This document shows, one piece after another, positions 58,991 through 64,000 of a stretch of DNA of 64,000 bases. Where the stretch lies: positions 3,100 to 67,099 of the forward strand of contig CANQEM010000002.1 in the NCBI GenBank assembly GCA_947594935.1, in the 5' to 3' direction. The stretch comes from an uncultured Clostridia bacterium (GTDB taxonomy: Bacteria > Bacillota > Clostridia > TANB77 > CAG-508). Under the pieces are notes generated by a model. It was not told the DNA's origin. It saw only the letters and a list, made by a program, of their open reading frames with translations, and searched no databases. The position numbers and the translations under genes were made by a program. Position 1 is the stretch's first letter, and each line of letters opens with the position of its first letter.

Positions 58991-61900
58991 TTATTTTTTA
59001 TGTTTTTTTGTGATGAAGTAAATTCCACCTGCTAGTCCGACTAATGCTGTTATTGCTATTACGATGTATGGTGTGTAATTTCTGTCAGTTCCATAGCTTG
59101 GTACTACTATCAATCTTTCTGCCATTGCATCATCTAGTTCTGTGCTTGGTAATGTGATTACCTCTTTTGGTGTGAATGTTGCTGGTATATAGTTACCTGG
59201 TGTGATATATGTTTCAATGTCACCTGTAATGTATCTTTCTTCTTCAACTTCATCAAGTCTTTCATTTACTACTGAGCTACCAAATGGTTTGTTGATGTTT
59301 ACGATTTCAACTTGGTTTGATAATAGGATGTCTTCGCCGTTTGTGAAACGTTTTTCAATTACCATTTGTAAATTGTCATATACTTCACCTGGTACTAATT
59401 GTTTGTCTACTGTTGTTTGATAGATTTGGTTTTCGCCTACTCCTTCTAGCACGGCGCCATCGACTACTGTGTTATTGCTTAATGTAGTGGCATCTGTTAT
59501 TTTCCATACATAATCATCGCCGACTTTGTTTCTTAAATCATCTACTTTGAAGCTACTTGCATTTCCTAAGTAATCTAAGATTACTGATGGTGTTAGTTTA
59601 GCTATCTTATCTTCCATTGCGTTAGTGTATACTGCTTTTCCGAATTTTTGGAATGACTCGTCTTTGTAGTCTCTTTCACTTTCGTTGATGATTACATATT
59701 TATAGCCTACTTCGATTCCTGCATTTCCTTGAATTTCGTTGTCTAGTGTGATTTCAATTTGTGCTTTTCTGCGGTCTGTTGAACTTCCTTCATATTTGAT
59801 ATGATCTGGTTTAACTCCGCCGATTTCTCCATTTTGATTTAATTCAGCATCTACGATTGGTTCTTGGCTTTCATAAGATAGTTTTACATCACTTACATAT
59901 TTGTCTATGTCAATTTGTTGTATTGGTCTTCTGATGATACCTAGGTTCATACCATTTACTATGAATTTGACTTTGTTTTCTTCTCTAACATATTCAATTG
60001 CTTCTAGAATATTTTTGTTATATTCTACGTCGAATTTCATTACTGCTGTTGATGATACCATTGTGTTTATTTCTTTGGCAATGTTTCCTGTTGTATGATT
60101 AAAGCCATCATCTTTCTTATTTGCACCCTGCATGTATCTGTTAGCTTCATCATCAATTGTTGTTCTTAATTCATAATTGTCAGTTGCTCTTGATTCACCG
60201 TCATTTTCTAGATTTATGTTTGTATCTCCTAGTTCGTTAGCATTTAGATACCAATGGTCATTTCCTTGTGCTTCATCATATCTTGCTTTGTCAACAATTG
60301 TTGCTTTGTAGTCTGTGATTGTGTATTTTGGAGTTGTATGTTCCTCATCTAATTTACCCCATTCAAATTCCACTTTGTATTCACCTGGTGTAAATCCGTC
60401 GAAACTATAACTTCCATCAGCCTCTGTTATTGTAATGTATGGTTCTTCTTCTTGGGTTTCTTCATTGATTCTACTTGCTTGTACCCATTCTCCGTCAATT
60501 TTTTCCATTAGTTTTACTCTAACACCTGCAATTGTTGGTTCTTTGCCTGTATCTAATGTACCATTACCTTGTCTAATATTTTCATCTAGTAGAGCTTTTT
60601 CTGTATCATCTTCGAATACAGTTCCTTTGATACTTCTTACGTCACTTATTACTAGTTCTAATGTTGAAGCATCATTTGTATCGTCTTCATATCTATCCTT
60701 AGCTTCATCAAATAGGTTTACGTTATCTGCTACCGCATCTTTATCAACTGCTGCATAATTTTTTCCACTTGTATCAACAGTTTTGTATGCTATGATTTCT
60801 GCGATACTTCTTAAAGAGTTCTGTTCTGGATCACCGTTTAAGATTGCTAATACATTTTCTCTTGATAATGCAAATTTGATGTATAAGAATTGATTTTGAT
60901 CTCCTAATGATATTCCATTGCCGTCTAGTTTGATGTCAACTTTCTTGTATGCTGAACCTTCTAGTGCACTTTCTGTGTAATTGCTTATTGGGTCTGTGAT
61001 ATTGCCTTGATTGTCTACTGTACGTCCAATTGCTTTTATTGTGTATCTTGCATCAAAGTAATCTACTAATTCTAGAACTGATGCTGCTATGTCTGAACGT
61101 TTATTTTCATTTTTTAGTCCTATTTTGTAAATTAAATCTACATTTAAGTTTTGATCTGGGTGTTCATCATTTTGATATACTGCGTCAGCTCTGTATATTG
61201 GTTGTTTTGCTGTTGTAGTCCATTTTACACCTATGTTCCAGCCCTCGTCTGAGAAGTCACTAGCATCTGGTGTTAGTTTGCCACCATGTCTATATAGATG
61301 ACTTGTTCCTTTAATTGATACTATTGCATCTTGTAAGTCTTGTGCTGTACGTAAGTCTATTTGAGCTCTCTTGTATAGTCCTAAGTCAAATCCTGTTAGT
61401 TCAGTTAATAGGCTCTTTCTATCATAGCTAATTCCATATCCAGCTCTATCTGTATCTGATGTGATATTTAGATTTTCTGTTGAAACAACTTTTGCTGTTT
61501 GAGGTTCTGATATGTCATAATTTACTTTTCCTACATGCTCTAAATTATTTTCTGCATTTGTTTGTAGAATTTCAACTGAATCTTCTTTAAGTCCTTGAAC
61601 ACGTTCAAACTTATTGTTAAATGTTTCACGTTCTGAACCTTCACATGCTTTTGAGCTACCTTCTAATGAGAAGTAGTCTGGTGCTGTGATTGGATGGTCT
61701 TCGCCATTTTCATCTAATTCATGTTTTACTAAGTCTACTGATTGATAAATTAGTCCGTCATATTCAAATTCTATCATGCAGTGCCATCCTGTGTAGTCTG
61801 TTCCGCTTAATAAGCTTCCGTCGATGTTAAATACTCTGCCATCTTCACCATTTATTAAAGCTATTTCGATTTTTCCGAAGCTGTATGTTCCAACAGCTGA

Positions 61901-63766
61901 ACCGTCTGAGCCGTCGCTTGTAACTGTGTCGTTGTAAATATTATAAACTTTTTCGCCAGTTGGTTTTACTCCTACTACTCTTACTATTACTCCTGGAAGT
62001 CCTTTATCTTCTCCGTCTAATATGTTATTTCTTAGTGTTGGCTTGTCTTCTCCGCTATCGTCCCAAACCATTCCTGATAATTTTACATATTTACGTTTAT
62101 TTTGTATTTTTGTATATGTTGTACGGTTGATGTCTTCATCACTTGCTCCAACTTCCATTGGTATAGCTTTGTATGGTTCTGCTTCATAACCGTCATTTGG
62201 GTTTACTACTTCATAGAAATAGTATGTGCTGTTTTTATCTACTTCATATACATAAGCTATTCCATTTCCGTCTGTTTTAAATGTACAGTTTTGTGTTGCT
62301 TCTTCTCTTGTTCCACCATATACTGGTTTATCATCTATTGAGTGTCCACCAGATTTGATGAAGCCAGAGCCTACCTTTTCTACTATGAATTCTACATTAG
62401 GTAGTTTGAATTCTGGAACGTCCATATCTTCTTTTTCTATTTGAATTATTACTCTTTTTGGATCGTTCTTGATTTTCTTGTAAATTGTTTTTTGGTCACG
62501 GTTTATTTTATTTATGTTGCATGAAATTGCTTTGTCTGGTTCTGGGTCATAACCTGGGTTTCTATTTTCTACTTCGTAGAAATAATATCTTCCTAGTTTT
62601 AAGTTTTCAATTCTTAATTTACCACCATCTTTTGTCCAGAATACTTCTGCGTTTTCTTTGTTTGCTTCCCAAACTACTTTACCTTCGCTGTTGTGGTTAA
62701 CATATTTGTTTTTCTCTCTGTTTAATACAATGAAGCCTACATTGTCAAGTGGTACTTGTTCGAATTTTTTGTTTACTTTCTCAATTTCTATGCTTCCTTT
62801 TAGAGGAATTGTGTATGGGAATGAGAAGTCAATTGGAGGTGGTGTTGTTGTTCCATGTGATGTTACTAATAAGTTTTGTAAGCCACCTGCTGTTATAAAC
62901 CACATTTCTGCTGTTAATATTGGTTCTTGTTTAATTTTTCCTTTTATTTTTGTTATAATTTCTACATCATTTTGAGCTTTTGTTGCTACATAGAAGTCTT
63001 CGCCACTACCAATTGATGTTGGGCTAACATAGTTTCTGTGAGATCCGTCTTTTTTGATGAATAATAAGTCTGTTATTTTATTTCCATCTTGGTCTTCTGC
63101 TTCCATGCTTTCAATTGAGCCTGGGAATGTGAAGTTAAATGGTCCTGCTTCTACATAACGAACTCCGTCTTTGTTAAATAGTTGTTTTGCTATGTCTGTT
63201 TTGTTTCTTGTTGCATCTTCTACTGTTGAGCTTGTTCCTGATGTTCCTATTTTGCTTGCATATTCACGTCCGCTATTTATTAGGTTTTGTCCTCCATTAC
63301 TATCCCTAGTCCAGAAGGCACTAAAATCTGCTAAGTAATGACCTGGTGTAGAGTTGTAACTGCACCAATCTGCTTTGTAGTTGTAAATTGCTAATTGTGA
63401 TTCTGTATAAGCATTTACTGCTCCATAACCAGTTCCGTGTGCAATTATGTATGCCATTGTTCCGTTTACTTCTGATACTGTTGTGTTGCCTCCGCAAGTA
63501 GCTTTGTTACCTGCAATGCTGATATATCTTGATACGGTAAATTGATATGGACCTGTGTGTAAGCTTCCTCCATGTTGAACGCAGTACATATCATTTCTGC
63601 TTGCTAAGATGTTATATCCAGCCCATACTGTTGTTCCAACTGCATTTCCATGTAAGCTTTTCATTCCGTCTATTGAGTTAACTGCTGCTGCTTTTGTTGG
63701 AAATATCATACATATTGATATGAAAAATGCTATTGTTAATAATAAATATTTTTTCATTTTACTCAT
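58991..63766 (-). CDS. Giant surface protein: signal peptide, Cys/Gln-motif N-terminal domain, multiple Cna-B/SdrD-B-type domains, C-terminal TM anchor
   Basis: Signal peptide ending TKAAA. DMYCVQHGG and TESQLAIYNY motifs. Cna-B-like GSIEIEKVN..YYFYEVENRNPGYDPE. SdrD-B-like IKGTVFEDD..GVRVKL..TEADGSYSFDGFTPGEYKVEF. C-terminal TM helix plus KKHKK. RBS AAGGAGG. Confidence 0.8.
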   Translation of the reverse strand: MSKMKKYLLLTIAFFISICMIFPTKAAAVNSIDGMKSLHGNAVGTTVWAGYNILASRNDMYCVQHGGSLHTGPYQFTVSRYISIAGNKATCGGNTTVSEVNGTMAYIIAHGTGYGAVNAYTESQLAIYNYKADWCSYNSTPGHYLADFSAFWTRDSNGGQNLINSGREYASKIGTSGTSSTVEDATRNKTDIAKQLFNKDGVRYVEAGPFNFTFPGSIESMEAEDQDGNKITDLLFIKKDGSHRNYVSPTSIGSGEDFYVATKAQNDVEIITKIKGKIKQEPILTAEMWFITAGGLQNLLVTSHGTTTPPPIDFSFPYTIPLKGSIEIEKVNKKFEQVPLDNVGFIVLNREKNKYVNHNSEGKVVWEANKENAEVFWTKDGGKLRIENLKLGRYYFYEVENRNPGYDPEPDKAISCNINKINRDQKTIYKKIKNDPKRVIIQIEKEDMDVPEFKLPNVEFIVEKVGSGFIKSGGHSIDDKPVYGGTREEATQNCTFKTDGNGIAYVYEVDKNSTYYFYEVVNPNDGYEAEPYKAIPMEVGASDEDINRTTYTKIQNKRKYVKLSGMVWDDSGEDKPTLRNNILDGEDKGLPGVIVRVVGVKPTGEKVYNIYNDTVTSDGSDGSAVGTYSFGKIEIALINGEDGRVFNIDGSLLSGTDYTGWHCMIEFEYDGLIYQSVDLVKHELDENGEDHPITAPDYFSLEGSSKACEGSERETFNNKFERVQGLKEDSVEILQTNAENNLEHVGKVNYDISEPQTAKVVSTENLNITSDTDRAGYGISYDRKSLLTELTGFDLGLYKRAQIDLRTAQDLQDAIVSIKGTSHLYRHGGKLTPDASDFSDEGWNIGVKWTTTAKQPIYRADAVYQNDEHPDQNLNVDLIYKIGLKNENKRSDIAASVLELVDYFDARYTIKAIGRTVDNQGNITDPISNYTESALEGSAYKKVDIKLDGNGISLGDQNQFLYIKFALSRENVLAILNGDPEQNSLRSIAEIIAYKTVDTSGKNYAAVDKDAVADNVNLFDEAKDRYEDDTNDASTLELVISDVRSIKGTVFEDDTEKALLDENIRQGNGTLDTGKEPTIAGVRVKLMEKIDGEWVQASRINEETQEEEPYITITEADGSYSFDGFTPGEYKVEFEWGKLDEEHTTPKYTITDYKATIVDKARYDEAQGNDHWYLNANELGDTNINLENDGESRATDNYELRTTIDDEANRYMQGANKKDDGFNHTTGNIAKEINTMVSSTAVMKFDVEYNKNILEAIEYVREENKVKFIVNGMNLGIIRRPIQQIDIDKYVSDVKLSYESQEPIVDAELNQNGEIGGVKPDHIKYEGSSTDRRKAQIEITLDNEIQGNAGIEVGYKYVIINESERDYKDESFQKFGKAVYTNAMEDKIAKLTPSVILDYLGNASSFKVDDLRNKVGDDYVWKITDATTLSNNTVVDGAVLEGVGENQIYQTTVDKQLVPGEVYDNLQMVIEKRFTNGEDILLSNQVEIVNINKPFGSSVVNERLDEVEEERYITGDIETYITPGNYIPATFTPKEVITLPSTELDDAMAERLIVVPSYGTDRNYTPYIVIAITALVGLAGGIYFITKKHKK

Positions 63767-63784
63767 TTTAGCTACCTCCTTTCC

Positions 63785-64000
63785 CTATATTCTCTTAAAG
63801 CCTATTTTTACTGCTACAATTGAACCTGTTGCAAGGATAGCAATTATTGCTATGATTACTGTTGCTGTCATAATAATTTCACCAGTTTTTACACTTATCA
63901 TTAAATCTGCTTGTGCCATGTCGTCTTCGCCTTTTGCTCTGTTACCTTCTGTTGAATCTGCATCTTTTAGTCCTTGTTCATTATAGCTTTCTGCTATTTC
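63785..64000 (-). CDS. Partial CDS (N-terminus beyond the window): C-terminus of a third surface protein with an ISVKTG sorting signal
   Basis: Hand translation: ..EIAESYNEQGLKDADSTEGNRAKGEDDMAQADLMISVKTGEIIMTATVIIAIIAILATGSIVAVKIGFKRI*. Stop lies 18 nt before the next gene's ATG. Confidence 0.65.
   Translation of the reverse strand, partial: EIAESYNEQGLKDADSTEGNRAKGEDDMAQADLMISVKTGEIIMTATVIIAIIAILATGSIVAVKIGFKRI

Noticed and set aside
59030-59110. VPSYGT in the 1591-aa protein as a variant of the SVKTG/LPXTG sorting motif
   Set aside because: It does not align with SVKTG (no Thr-Gly at the cleavage position). It is treated as a plain C-terminal membrane anchor unless a sortase assay shows otherwise.

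Overview
Chromosomal segment of a low-GC (about 30-33% GC, judged by eye) endospore-forming Firmicute, Clostridia-like: it carries spoIIE, cwlD, a Spo0E-like gene and a long rpoB. There are about 50 protein genes, all but four on the minus strand. I found no rRNA, tRNA or CRISPR array. Core content: S1-domain protein, rluB, rluD, plsX-acpP, the str operon (rpsL-rpsG-fusA-tuf), trmFO, an SNF2 helicase, two M16 peptidases, rpsU, ftsH, tilS, dnaB-rplI-gdpP, rpoB-rpoC, xth, tatD, acpS and spoIIE. Many sigma-A-type consensus promoters and rho-independent terminators are readable. Accessory content: three large surface proteins (1774 aa, 1591 aa, one partial), an 889-aa coiled-coil/tandem-repeat protein, a REC-GGDEF variant operon and a frameshifted cwlD. 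The surface proteins have thioester-domain-like N-termini, DUF11/Cna-B-type repeats and, in two of the three, an unusual shared [LI]SVKTG sorting signal. The main finding is a 996-bp unit at 48554-49565. It is a compositionally foreign, self-contained + strand expression cassette (promoter, strong RBS, 266-aa ORF, GC-rich terminator) bracketed by a perfect 16-bp direct repeat. It sits between the rpoB promoter and an orphan MNT-type nucleotidyltransferase gene. Its cargo is a membrane-tethered protein I cannot assign to any family. All family calls are from motif recognition by eye. No database search, HMM or GC computation was run.
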